A stretch of DNA of 63,216 bases, the filler included, from Octopus bimaculoides (lineage: Eukaryota): NCBI RefSeq assembly GCF_001194135.2. It is 7 parts of 6 records of this genome, joined end to end, with 100 filler letters (N's around TTAATTAATTAA, not from the genome) between each part and the next. Parts side by side here need not be neighbours in the genome. Positions count along the whole stretch, not along the records: positions 25,876 to 42,559 come from NC_068984.1; positions 42,660 to 51,333 come from NC_068984.1; 5 more parts are not named here. One strand, 5' to 3'. Position numbers and translations under genes: made by a program. Of the stretch, positions 30,117 to 43,843 are shown piece after piece. The notes under the pieces were generated by a model. The model saw only the letters and a list, made by a program, of their open reading frames with translations. It was not told where the DNA came from and did not search any database. How positions within the stretch are numbered: the stretch's first letter is position 1; each line of letters opens with the position of its first letter.

Positions 30117-30207
30117 ATATTTATACAAGATGGATTGAACAGGCTTTATTATACATCACTAGTGATATGTAATGAAGCCTGTTGAATCCATCTTCTTGTA
30201 TCAATAT
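30117..30207. other. ~91-nt near-perfect palindrome/fold-back
   Basis: Arms ATATTTATACAAGATGGATTGAACAGGCTTT and GAAGCCTGTTGAATCCATCTTCTTGTATCAATAT surround the palindromic core ATCACTAGTGAT. Confidence 0.9.
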
Positions 30208-30253
30208 TTTATATATGTATATATGTGTGTGAGGGTAAGTGTGTGTGCGTGCA

Positions 30254-30299
<46 letters not shown>

Positions 30300-31293
30300 C
30301 ATGCATGCATATGTATGTGTGTGTGTGTGTGTGATATTTTAAATCATAACAATATTATGTGTTTGAAAACTATTTGGAAAGTTTTTACTTTTGCAAAATT
30401 ATTTTGCATTGATTATATTTTATATTTCAGATTTAATGTTGTGTACTACTTCATACTAGTAGAGATTTCATTTTAATTTTACTTGAAATTTATTGTAAAT
30501 CTTTTATTGTTTACACAACACCAATGAAAGAAAATTAAATGTCCAACAATGTTTTCCTATCTTTTTAACTATAAACTGTTAATAAAGAAAGGCAAATGAA
30601 TTATAACAAGGATATGACTGTTTTTTAAGTTGACAAATGTTGTGCTTAAAAATGTGGTATCTATGTAAAAAATTTAAATATTTCAAATTGCATGCACATT
30701 TAAATTAAAGAAATAAAACCAAAAAAAACATTGTTATATTAATTTCTTTTTGGGATCTTTAGTAATGTCACAAATTATATCACATATTATTTGATATCAT
30801 GTAAGTAGTATATAATTTCTTTATATACTGATATTTTGTCACTTTACCTGCTTTCAGAGCTGTATTCAGTGCATAGAAATTAATTACATTCACAATTATT
30901 TAAAAATATTATGGTATGTTCGAACAGTTAAGTCTTTTGCATTAATAATAAGAAATAAAATAAATGTGGAAACAGCAAAGGATAGTGACAATTATGCCAG
31001 TAGTGACTGTGGTGGTAAATGTGTGTATTATGACTGGATTCAATAGACCTTTGCTGGATGCTAGAACTAATGAAGACAGTAATGAGTAGAAATATTGCCA
31101 AATAAAGAACCATACTGGTACTGAACAACAAAAGAAAATCATACATGTATATAATCTAGATTTAAATAATTAATATTATTTTAAAATATCTACTCACTAT
31201 CATTTCTTTTATTTTGCTTATATGTAACAAATTAGTGAATGCTTAGTGGTATCATCAACTGGTAAAATACATGCCATCAAATCTTGAGAATGA

Positions 31294-31351
<58 letters not shown>

Positions 31352-33779
31352 TTAATAATGATAAAAGAGACAAATAACCAATTTTGCTAGGCAATGAAGT
31401 TCATGCTACTTTGAAAAAAGGACATCCAGAACATTTAAGAAAATAAGATATTTTCTTTAATATGGCCATTTTAAAAGATTCAATATGTATGTAATATAGA
31501 TGTAAAAGTTTTGTTTATCACTCATATGAAAAATATAACAAAGAGGAAAAGAAACATCTATAGTTGTCTTTGTATTTAGTCCACAAATCATTGTTTTAGA
31601 CAATTGATTTCCTATATTTGGTTCTTTCTATTGCTTTCTATGAAATGCTAAAGAGACTAAGTGTTATAATCATTTTAATGTATTTATTAGAAAGAAATGT
31701 TTGAAAGTCATCATTAATTTATCCAACATATAATTTTTTTTATTTATTTTAGAAACAAAATGTTCACATATATGTATATAACTTATCTATTTCATTGTCT
31801 AGTTAAAAGATGTGACAACTGAAGTTGCTTATTTGTTCATGCTATAAATTCCCTATATTTTTTTTGCTTCTAGCTTTTGTTATATATTAATTCAATCACG
31901 TTTATATTTCAACATACCTATATTTTGTGTACCTTTATTTATTTTATGAAATGTATTTATTTATAAAAGTTATTTTTTATGCTGTTTACCTATATCATTT
32001 GTTTACTTATTTCTTATCACATTTCCCACTTGTTTGCCTTCTGCATTTACACGACAATTTATTTACCTCAGCTAAAAATGAATCACTTACATTCTGTATA
32101 TTATTTTCATTTATAATACATCTTTTATTATCATTCTTAAAGTGCTATGGTCATCATTTATATCATCATAAAGCACTACTTTCAGTTTAAGAAAGAAAGC
32201 TAATGATATCAATTAAAACAGAAATTTCAAACATTAGAATTTCTTAAGAGTTTCCAATAATTGCTTCATATTCAATTCATTGTTTAGTTCACCATAAGAC
32301 AAACTGAGAACAATGAACGGCCCGCAGGTAAACAACATCCTCCAGTGTTTTTCTGTAAACTCACACATTAGCATGTTCACCAAACTTACAGGACATAAGG
32401 GAATTACACCAGTTCCATAATTTTTTTTTATTACTATTAATTCAAACCTTTTTCATCTCACTTTACTTTTCATATTTTATCACTTAGCAGAATTCTCAAT
32501 GGAAATATGTGTTGTGTGAAAAAAAAAAAAAACCACTAATTTTTATTGACTTCCAGGTCTCACTCTTGGTGCACACATACACACAGATTTATAACCAAAG
32601 ACAAACATAAATTCACTGACAAACATACAAGACAAAAAAAAACCCACTATTTTATGTAAATTAAACTGTATTTTTTACTAAAATCTATACACAATAATTT
32701 AAATTAAAAGTATTGTTCACTTACTGAGGAGAATATTTTCACGATAGGTTTCACTGATAGTTTCACTACAATGATAATAAATGTTTTCTTCAAGATTTTA
32801 CCACTTTTAAGCATGGAAAAAGAGCACAAGCATCCAAAATTTAAAAAACAAATTATAAAATTATAAATTTTCAAGGAAGAAACTATGCATGACTTTGGAA
32901 ACAATTGTTGTAGTAATAATTTACTTTAGAATTACAGCCTGCTAAATGTAGCTACATTACGACTTGACCAAATATAATAATGTGCAAGGCGAGGAAAAGT
33001 ATTTGTTATAAATTATAGAAAATCTACACGTAGATTAGAGGAAATATCTATGAACAATCTGTCCCATTGGAATATTGTTACTAAAAGATAGCGTATAGAA
33101 TCTATAAGATTTTGGTCTTGTAAAATGTTAGTAAAATTACAGATACATTTTGTATAACTAATAATTTCTTAAAAGTGAATAATTTAAATATTGTTCATAA
33201 GCAACTTAAAAGAATTTATACATTTTTTTTTATATAAAATATTCACCATAAAAGATCTGGCGAATGAAAAACATTATGGGGCAATTATTTTTAATTGGTA
33301 CACAGAGGCAAGGAACAATGCTCATAACTTTTTCTGGCAGTAGAGGTTGGTAAAATTGATATCATTAAAGATACAGCTTTCAGTGAAGCTTTTCCTTATA
33401 TTGACAAGATCACTAAATTATTGAGGAAGGATGTAGCAATTGATATTTATGGCTATAATCAAAATGTTTGTTAACCAAGCTATAAAATTTTCTTTAGTTG
33501 GAATCAATGTTATAGGTATAGCAAGGGTTAAACCACAAAATCTTATTACTATTACTTTTTAACCTATTATAATCTAATGTTTTCTTTCTTATGTGTTGGT
33601 TGTTGCTAGAATAACCTTGTCTATTCATATCATTTTTATCCAAGTTATTATTAGTCTGATCATATTTATTTATATTTTATTTATATTTTTATTTTCATTT
33701 ATATTTCTATTTTTATTTTCTATATTATAAAAATGTTTACCAAACCAAATTTTTTCTTCTTCCTCATATTATTATTAAT

Positions 33780-33990
33780 CATCATCATCATCATCATCAT
33801 CGTTTAACGTCCGCTTTCCATGGTTGCATGGGTTGAACGATTTGACTGAGGACTGGTGAAACAGATGGCTACACCAGGCTCCAATCTGATTTGGCAGAGT
33901 TTCTACAGCTGGATGCCCTTCCTAATGCCAACCACTCCGAGAGTGTAGTGGGTGCTTTTACGTGCCACCGGCACGAAGGCCAGTCAGGTG
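33780..33990 (-). mobile_element. RTE-type LINE/SINE 3' end with (GAT)n tail
   Basis: (CAT)n-CGTTTAACGTCCGCTTTCCATG...CTACAGCTGGATGCCCTTCCTAATGCC. Related pieces lie at 36745-36885 (+), 38055-38135 (-), 38935-39062 (+), 49335-49465 (-) and 50009-50137 (-). The RTE link is inferred from family knowledge. Confidence 0.7.
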
Positions 33991-34448
33991 GTGCATACAT
34001 GATGTTCCCAGCTAAAGGTGTTTCAGTAGTACTTTCATGAGGTGTACACTTAATTTTATCTTTATATCCAGCTCTCATGAGAGCATAGTTATATTAATCA
34101 CAATTATTAAGGAAAATTGTCTAATTAGATGATAATCTGGATAATCTTATGGATATATTCATTACTGAAGATTTAATATTACTCCTTCGGTGATTAGAGT
34201 AATAGCTTATATATCTTAAATTTTCATTAGACTTATGGAAAGGAACAAAAATTCCTGTATTCCAATCCAGTTTTACATCTAGAAAATTAGCTACATTAAA
34301 CTCATTTACAATACTAATGGAAAGGCTATATCTAGCAAAAAATGCATGAAGATGTTTTTTATAAATATTTAACTGTTAGGTTACAATTTCTCACAATAAA
34401 TAGAGCATACCTTATTATATATATATATGTATGTGTGTGTGTGTGTAT

Positions 34449-34503
<55 letters not shown>

Positions 34504-34647
34504 NNNNNNNNNNNNNNNNNNNNNNNNNNNNNNNNNNNNNNNNNNNNNNNNNNNNNNNNNNNNNNNNNNNNNNNNNNNNNNNNNTATATATATGTAATAT
34601 ATATATATATATTATATGTATGTATTAATGTATGTATGTATATAGGT

Positions 34648-34971
34648 GTAGGCAGGCTGTGTGGCTAAGAAATTCATTTCAAAACTTGATCTCAGGTTCA
34701 GTCCTACTGTGTAGCATCTGGGTCATGTGTCTTTTACTGCCAACAAATGCATGAAAGCCCATGGTATGTGTCATTCTTCATTTCATCATTGTTTTTACGT
34801 CTATAAGCGTTACTGTCATACAAGATGAGTCATTCATTTTCTGTCTTCTGTGAAATCATATCCAGCCATTAGAGAAAGTAATAACTTGCTTGGAAACAAG
34901 TGCAAGTTGGTGACAGGATGAAATTCCATCTAACCCATACAAGCATGGTCAAGTGGATGCTAAAATGATGG

Positions 34972-35017
<46 letters not shown>
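34648..35017 (+). mobile_element. Composite SINE: family-A-like tRNA head plus RTE-type 3' end and (GAT)n tail
   Basis: GCAGGCTGTGTGG...GGTTCAGTCCTACTG head, then TTGCTTGGAAACAAG...CCATACAAGCATGG...GGATGCTAAAATGATG(GAT)n. Confidence 0.6.
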
Positions 35018-35992
35018 ATGTATATCATAATTTTCTATGAAGTAATTGTTTCAGAACATATATATAATTATATGTATAAAATTACACATTTTAGTCCTGA
35101 AAAAAAGACAAAAACCCAATCATTTAAAATTTCCCTTATAATTCTTTTCATACAGTAATCCAGAGTGAAGTGCCATAAAATTTCATTGTACTTCTGTAAC
35201 CTAGTCATTGACAATACCACTGTATCTCATAGAGGAAAAGTAAATGTAAATGAATGCTTTTGCATTACATTTATGCTAAAAAGAACATAATTTACCAAAT
35301 TTCCAATTATAAAGTTAATTATCTCAGATAGAATTTGTGATGACTAAAAGAAAATAAGGACTTCTATGCATATTGGATATACATACCGGTTTAGACAGTG
35401 CTTGCTATAATATTATCAATGCTGAAATGTTGACTTAACTATGCTTAGTGTAGTCTAAGCTCAAGAGCCTATAAGATATGCTTCCAATAGGAACATATTT
35501 AGAAATCAATTAGATATTAAAGTAGAAACACACATTCATACACATGTGTGCACACATATGTGTACACAGACACATACACACATATGCACAAACACATACA
35601 TATTTCTATGTAATTTTTGTTTAAACAGTTACTGTCTCCTAAACTGAATTTTTTTGTTGCAAGTTAAGCTTTATGCCTCACTGATCATTGAGCAAATCTG
35701 CAATTCCTCTTTATTGACATTCTTTTATATCTGTTGGTGTTGGGATGTTCTTTTCATTTATGGCCCTTGTTTCTGCTGGTAGGTCTTTGGTGTCAATGGC
35801 ATAATTGTTTTTACTAGTCTGTTGGCAATAACATCCAATGCATGCACACACAGAGAAAGAGAGAGAGAATATATTTGGTGTGTACAAATAGATGTACAAT
35901 TCTGTTGTTGAGTTTAGATTTCCCTGTAGATTATCTACTTCCATACATATATTCATATGTGCCTCTTTCCTTGTGTGTGTGTGTGTGTTTGC

Positions 35993-36033
<41 letters not shown>

Positions 36034-36194
36034 GATCAAAACAGTCTGATTCAAATTTGCTTCAAATACAAGCAACTCCCAATAAATTAGTTGAGTGCCC
36101 TTCTTTCGTTTATCCACTCACTCATATATATATATATATAATGTATAATAAACTTGTTGTCAGTTCCAATATGTTTGAGGCATATTTGAACTTG

Positions 36195-36303
36195 TAAGAA
36201 AGTCATTCACTGTATTTTCTCATGAAGAAAATTTTCTCAGTGTAGACCGATGGGTACTCTGAGAAATTTTCTCCATGATAAAATACAGTGATTGGCTTTC
36301 TTA
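36195..36303. other. ~109-nt fold-back with a ~45-bp imperfect stem (MITE-like or pre-miRNA-like)
   Basis: The left arm TAAGAAAGTCATTCACTGTATTTTCTCATGAAGAAAATTTTCTCAG matches the reverse complement of the right arm (TAAGAAAGCCAATCACTGTATTTTATCATGGAGAAAATTTCTCAG). Confidence 0.9.
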
Positions 36304-36504
36304 TTAGTTTAAATAAGTCTCAAGCATATTTTGAACTGGTAACAAGTTTATGCTTGCCACCTTGGACAAGCTTCTTCTAATTTTCCCTAGACTGAACAAA
36401 GACTTGTGAGTAGACTTGAAAGATGGAAGCAGAAAGAAAAAAAATCTGTCATACACATACATACACACATATACATATATGTAAATGGAGAGGCAGAAAC
36501 AAAT

Positions 36505-36630
<126 letters not shown>

Positions 36631-37004
36631 ATGTGGGTGTGGGTATTTGTGTCTGTCATGTCTTGACATTGTATTAAAGTTATAAAGGAATGCCAGCCGT
36701 AAAATTCATGTCTTTTGTTTCCAATCTGCATAACCACATATGGCTAAGTGGAAGAATTACTTTGCTTGAAAAAAGAAAGTGAAGAAAAGCATCCAGCTGT
36801 AGAAAAGATGCCTCAGGAAATATCATCAGACCCATGCAGGCATGGGAAAAATAGACATGAAAATGATTATGATATTAATGATGTTGATACATACATTTAT
36901 CACAATAATGTGCAAGATTTTGTCTCTTTTGAAACAAAATCCTGTATCATAAGCATTTTATGTTCTGGTGTACAGTGTTCAGTTACACACACACACACAC
37001 ACGC

Positions 37005-37035
<31 letters not shown>

Positions 37036-37992
37036 TACATACACACACACACACACAGTTGGTAGATGTCAGAATATTGAAAGTGATTAACAAAACCTCC
37101 TTATATACTGTTTTCAAATTTTTCACTATTCTACTTTGCTTTTCACCCTTCTAAGATTGATTAAGTGTGTACCAGTCAATAAAGTAAGATATGTGTTAAG
37201 GAAATTGACTATAACTTTTAGTGCTTCTCCTCACCATAGGCAAAGGTCAATGACAGAAACCAATCAAACAGTAAATGAATAAAAGCTTACACTTTACCCG
37301 TGGTCTCAACGATAGTGTATACACCTTATAAGCCTAATAGTCAGCATATACTCAAATGATTTTTAAAAATCTGTAACCCTTTACAATGAAGAAAATGTTT
37401 GTTAAATGTACAAAATCAAAACAAATGTTTAACTTTGTTTAACTAATTGGAGGAATGACTTTTAGATATGCAGATATGTATATTGATATTTAAAGTCAAA
37501 TATACACATCCACGGCCATTGGGGATTTATTGTCAGGAACATTTATGTATGCTAAGAATTTTTTAATGTTAACCCATTATAAAGTGTCAGGTATATTTGA
37601 AAACACATATATTTGTTTATATGTATTTTTATATATGAAATAGATTCTATATATGAACATGTTCAATGTTTCATTTATATGTGTGTGATATACTCATTGC
37701 AAAATGTTGTCAGTTGAGTTCCATGATGTACATTTACCTTGTATCGATAAATTTTGCAAAAAAATTTATAGTTTCTTTATAATACTTCTTTTCATTTCAG
37801 ATTAAACATAGAATAATATGAGGCAATGTTTTAATATTTATAGGGATAAATACAAATATTATTGATATTTTTAAGAATATATGAAGTCACATGAATAAAA
37901 ATGAATTGAATAATTTCTGACTGATTTTTGTTAACAAAACTGCGATTATATTTAAATGTGTTCTTGAATGCCTTTTAATATGTTTGCTAGTT

Positions 37993-38031
<39 letters not shown>

Positions 38032-38558
38032 GTATGTATATATGTATATATATATCATCATCATTATCATTATCATCATCTTTTAACATCCATATTCCAT
38101 GCTGGCATGGATTGGATAGTTTTAAATAATCCTGTTTTAGCCAAGTTGGACTTTAGCATATGAGGAAACAATCAAGCACTTGAAGGCAATCCTCAATATT
38201 CAAGGCTTCGGTCTTGATCATTGATTGGTTCATTAAGCAGGTGATTAAAATTATAGAAAAAATGAAAGATGATAAAAGCCTTTTTAGACTTTAAATACAG
38301 AACTGTGTGTCAATCACCTGACTTTCTTGAAATTACTCTTCTATTACATTTCTGATTCAGTTTCTGGATTAATGTGTTTATCAAAATTTATAGGTGCAGG
38401 TATGGTTGTGTAGTTAAGAACCATGTGTTTAAAAGTTCAGTTCTATTGCATATACATTGTTGGCTGGTATTCTATACTATAACCTGGGGTAAACAAATAC
38501 CTTGTGAGTGAACTTCCTTAATGGGAACTGAAGAAGTCTGTCTCTCTCTGTCACATGT

Positions 38559-38628
<70 letters not shown>

Positions 38629-40405
38629 ACACCCATGTGTGCACACACGTGTGCACGCACACACAGGTATATAGTGGGGTGCAAGTGTACATTTGTATGA
38701 GTGAAGTTTGCACTTCTTCTCATCTTGTTTGTTGATTGTAAATAAAAGCACCAGTGTTCATACTGATGGTGTTCTTTACTTGCAATTTACCATGAAAGCA
38801 TGTTCAGGCTTCTTAATATATCTTGACATGTTTCATGATCTTTGTCAACAAAATGCATATTTAGACTGTCATTTGTTACTAGTTCTCCTCATAACCATGT
38901 CTGGGCTTTAGTTGTTCAATAGACTGAGAAGTTATAACTTTGCTTCGAAAGTGTTGAGGTAGGCAGCAAGAAGGGTATCCAGTTGAAGAAAACTCTGACC
39001 TAACATAGGCTCAACTAATTTCTGCAGGCATGGAAAAGTAGATGTTAAAATTAAATGATGATGGTATTCTTGTGGATAATTATCTCAGTAAGATACCATT
39101 TCTTTCAATAATGCTCGACTTCATTAATCATAACATGGTTTAAGAACATGTAAAAATATTTACTTATGCACAAATTATACAACCTTTAATGCTCTACAAT
39201 ACCCTTCAATGGTTAATCATTTCTGTTGATATATAAAAACTACATAATGATAACAGACAGTCTTTGTAATGAATGGTTACCAAACAATATATCTAATATA
39301 GTAAATGACACTTCTTTTTGTATCTTATATAGTGTTGGATGACAGTGTAAATTTTATTGTATGTGTGGCTAATATAAAGTCTGTCCATTATATTTTAAAA
39401 CACAAAGGAAATTATTATTTAAAAAATTTTCTGCAGATTAACTATTAATATATGGACATTATATAAAACACCACAGGTCATATGAAATACTTTCTTATAT
39501 AGAAGATTTATTTATATATGTCTATGATGATTATTATTGGTTATAATTTATCCAAATTATTGCTGATGTAAAGCATCAGCTCCTCAACTGAATGAAACGG
39601 CTAATCATTTCTTCTTGGGAAAAGAAACAGTGAGAAGTTGAAAATGGAATACCTTCCTAGGGAGACAGAGACAAATTGGTTCCGACCAAGTAAAAAAAAT
39701 GTAAATGTGTATAAATATATTCTAAAATCAAAATGCTAGTCACAATTGTCAACAAAGTATATTATGGATTTAAAAAATGAATTTAAATATCTCTGATATT
39801 TTCTGGTTATTCACTTTTATGAAAATTATAAAATGTATTTTATATGAATAATAAAGATTCTAGTCCTAAAATAGCTATGTATGTTTACAGCTCAAAATAT
39901 TCAAAGTTATTGTTGACATAATACTTAGTGAAGTCATTTAAAATTTTATGTTTTTTTTCTTTTGACCATATCTTTGAACATATTATTATAAGCTGCGTAA
40001 GAATTTAATTACAACTGACATGGCAATACAGGTTTTGATTGATCTGTTTTATGCAGTTTTGATTGATCTGTTTTAGAGCAGTCTTTTTTTATCAATGTTT
40101 TAGAAAACTTCTAAAAACAAATATGGTAAGTTGAATTGATCTGTTGCCAATATTGGATATAGTCTCAGATGGTTTCATTATTCCATTGTTCAGTAAAATA
40201 TTTAGGGCTTTTCTTTCCTAGATGCTTTGATGTTGAAAGACTAAAAAAGATGAATGAAATGTGGTAATCAAACTCCTTCACAAGGGAAATATAAAAAGGA
40301 GAATAACATATGTTTTTATACTATTAACCTTAAATTACTTTGTAAATAGAAAATCGAATGAAAAAACTTAAATTCTCAATAATTTTATTTTTGTTTATTT
40401 TGCAG

Positions 40406-40687
40406 ACAAGATCATCAGGCCACGAGTCGGAGCAGGAAGAACTGAACGATGTCCAGATCCGCCTGCCCACTATTAATCGGACATCTAGGTCCAGCCTCAA
40501 TGCTATTGGCAGTACCAACAGTAAATCAAATAATACAGTAACTGTAACAACAGCTATTGTTACCCTTCCAACATCCAGCACTACCTCTGAAGCTGAGTCT
40601 CTACGAACTCATAACACTAGTGGTGGGACAATGTCCCCACAGTTAGAAGCTCAGAACCCTAACATTGTGAAAATATCAACCTTGTAA
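40406..40687 (+). CDS. Shal: Terminal coding exon (93 aa) of a Shal/Kv4 voltage-gated A-type potassium channel alpha subunit
   Basis: Polypyrimidine-rich acceptor TTTATTTTGCAG|, phase 0. TRSSGHESEQEELNDVQIRLPTINRTSRSSLNA...VTTAIVTLPT...NIVKISTL* aligns with the vertebrate Kv4.2 tail ELSTIQIR...SRSSLNA...VTTAIISIPT...NIVRVSAL (KCND family, compared from memory). Confidence 0.87.
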   Translation, partial: TRSSGHESEQEELNDVQIRLPTINRTSRSSLNAIGSTNSKSNNTVTVTTAIVTLPTSSTTSEAESLRTHNTSGGTMSPQLEAQNPNIVKISTL

Positions 40688-41535
40688 GAGTAAGGAAAAA
40701 GTATATCTAAAAGCTAGAGAAAGTTTAAAAACAAAAAACAGACTAAAACATAAGTAAACAAATTAAAACTAAAAATTCAACTAACACTGAAATCTAAACC
40801 AAAAGAGTTCTTACACTTTAAAAGATTTTCATGGTGGGGGAAAAAGGAGATATACCTAAATTGGTGTACTCTTCAAATTACATTTGAACTGAATGGAGAA
40901 ATATGTGTTGTTGAGGATTCTCTTGAAGGAATTGGCAGAACTTCAAAAATCACCAAGGGAGTTGAACTGATTTCGTTTCAGCTTGTCTATCACTTCATCC
41001 TGCAACATGAAAAGAATAGTAAGTTCATTCTTCAATGCAGTCTGTGTCAGTGCCAATTGATTGGCAACACCGATTTGTTACAGAATTACGTATTGAAGTA
41101 AGCCTTGTGATCGAGGTGTGCAGGGTTCCCTCCCTAAAAAAGAAAAAAAAAAAACAAGACAAACATTGTATGTATAACAGAATAATTACTCTCTGTGTTG
41201 GAATTTTAAGAATGGATTCTTGTCAATTTATTTATTTATTTATTTTCACTAAATTCACAAGAAGAAAAAGGAGAAAGAAAGGAAGGGAAAACACGAAGAA
41301 AATTTTGAAACAAATTTATGCTTTAAAGTTGGAGACTGTTGATTTGTTAGCTATGAGGCTCTGGATATCCCAGAAAAAATATATAAGCATGTATATATGT
41401 GTATATATATGTATATATATATATATACATATATATATATCAATGAATATATATATATGTACATACACAAATATGCATANNNNNNNNNNNNNNNNNNNNN
41501 NNNNNNNNNNNNNNNNNNNNNNNNNNNNNNNNNNN

Positions 41536-41578
<43 letters not shown>

Positions 41579-41681
41579 TATATACATATATATATATCAA
41601 TGAATATATATATATGTACATACACAAATATGCATACAGATATGTGTGAGTGTGGTATGTGAGCATATGTGTAAGTATATA

Positions 41682-41714
<33 letters not shown>

Positions 41715-41769
41715 GTAGGTGTATATATGTATATGAATGTATATATATATATATGTATATATATGTGCA

Positions 41770-41826
<57 letters not shown>

Positions 41827-42121
41827 TTAAATATATATATTTATGTATATATATATGTGTGCGTGTATTATTTAGTAAAGTTTGATTTGGCTTCATGCAA
41901 CTTAAAGTTTTGTAGGCTCAACCTGACAAGTTAGATTTGTTTGATGTACCTACAAAACATTAAGTTACCCGGAGCTGAATCAAATTCTTATTAAGTAATA
42001 AATGTGTTGAATCCCACATATATATATGCACATATGTGTGCGTATATATATATGTATAAATATATATTTGAATATGCATATGTGTGTGTATATATATATA
42101 TATGTGTGTGTTTGTGTGTAC

Positions 42122-42177
<56 letters not shown>

Positions 42178-42505
42178 GTATATATATGCATGCACACAGA
42201 CATACACATATATATACACACATTTCTACATAGGGATATATATACACAATCGATGATGCATTAAAGCATTCATACACAAACACATATGAAACATGTGTGT
42301 GCATATATACATATATAAGTATATGTATGTTATACATATACACACACATATATGTGTGTGTATATATATATATATACCCAAATATAGTGATATCCCTTGA
42401 AATTGCACCAAACAGTATAATGCAAAGTATATTAAGGAATATCTCTTCAAAAATGCACATGCATTAAATATATACCTCTGTGTATGTGTGTGTGCATATG
42501 TGAGC

Positions 42506-42559
<54 letters not shown>

Positions 42560-42765
42560 NNNNNNNNNNNNNNNNNNNNNNNNNNNNNNNNNNNNNNNNN
42601 NNNTTAATTAATTAANNNNNNNNNNNNNNNNNNNNNNNNNNNNNNNNNNNNNNNNNNNNTATATATGGTCTGAAAGGATGCTATAATGCGAAGTGCTTTA
42701 TGGATGTGAAACCTGGCCATAACTATCTTTAGCTAATTATATATATATATATATTTGTATATTGT

Positions 42766-43060
42766 GGAGGCGTAATGGCCCAGTGGTTAGGGCAATGGAC
42801 TCGCGGTCGGAGGATTGTGGTTTCGATTCCCAGACCGGGCGTTGTGTGTCTTTATTGAGCGAAGACACTTAAAGCTCCACGAGGCTCTGGCAGGGGGAGG
42901 TGGTGACCCCTGTTGTACTCTTTTGCCCCAACTTCCTCTCACTGTTTCTTGAGTAAAAATCTGTGATGGACTGGCATCCCGTCCAGCTAGCGGGGAACAC
43001 ATACGTCATGGAAACCGGGAAACTGGCCCTATGCTCCAGAAGGGACCAAGAGCATTTCCA
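42766..43060 (+). mobile_element. tRNA-derived SINE family D
   Basis: GGAGGCGTAATGGCCCAGTGGTTAGGG (A box), GGTTTCGATTCC (B box), and the 3' body CTGTGATGGACTGGCATCCCGTCCAG...GGAAACCGGGAAACTGGCCC. Confidence 0.8.
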
Positions 43061-43332
43061 TCATTCCGTATATTTGTACATATGTTTGTGTATGTTATTT
43101 ATATACATGTATAAACAACTATGTGTTTTTGTGTGTTGTTATGTCTACATGTATGTTTATTTGTGGGATGAAATGGTGAGCTCTTTTGGAAAGTTTTTGA
43201 TAGTTCTCAAAAAGTATGAAGTGGATTCTAAGTATTTATAAGTATTTATTAGTATTTATCAAGAAATTAGCTACTCTCTCTCCGTCTTACCTTCTCTCTC
43301 TCCGTCTTACCTTCTCTCTCACCCATTGTTCT

Positions 43333-43376
<44 letters not shown>

Positions 43377-43801
43377 CCCTCCCTCTCCTGTTTTTATCTT
43401 TCCTTTCAGGCAAATTACTCCTCACACAGCTTTTCTGGCTGTTCCCATTTGAAATTCAAATTCCACTCCTGGTCACTAACCAACCCTCTTCTGGCAGAAT
43501 GGGAAACTTTTCAGACCCTGACTAATAGTGATTGGCCTTAGCTGTCAGATACAGGAATTATTCAAATAAAGTCTAAGTTGCAATGACAGAATAAGCAGGT
43601 GCTGCACAGAGCAGGATAAAAGTTTAGAAACAGAAAAAGAAAAGCAACTTATTTTATCAGACCCTCCACCTTTATTGAAAGCCTATATATAGATATAGAT
43701 ATAGAATTGGTAGTATACTATAATAGTGCTGGCTATCTGGTAATTCTAAGGGTTAACGAGCTGTATTTTGTACTTTAATGCATTCTTAATGGAATACCCC
43801 T

Positions 43802-43843
<42 letters not shown>

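Noticed and set aside
41380-41640. Repeated AATGAATATATATATATGTACATACACAAATATGCATA on both sides of a gap
   Set aside because: This is most likely overlapping contig ends, not a true duplication.
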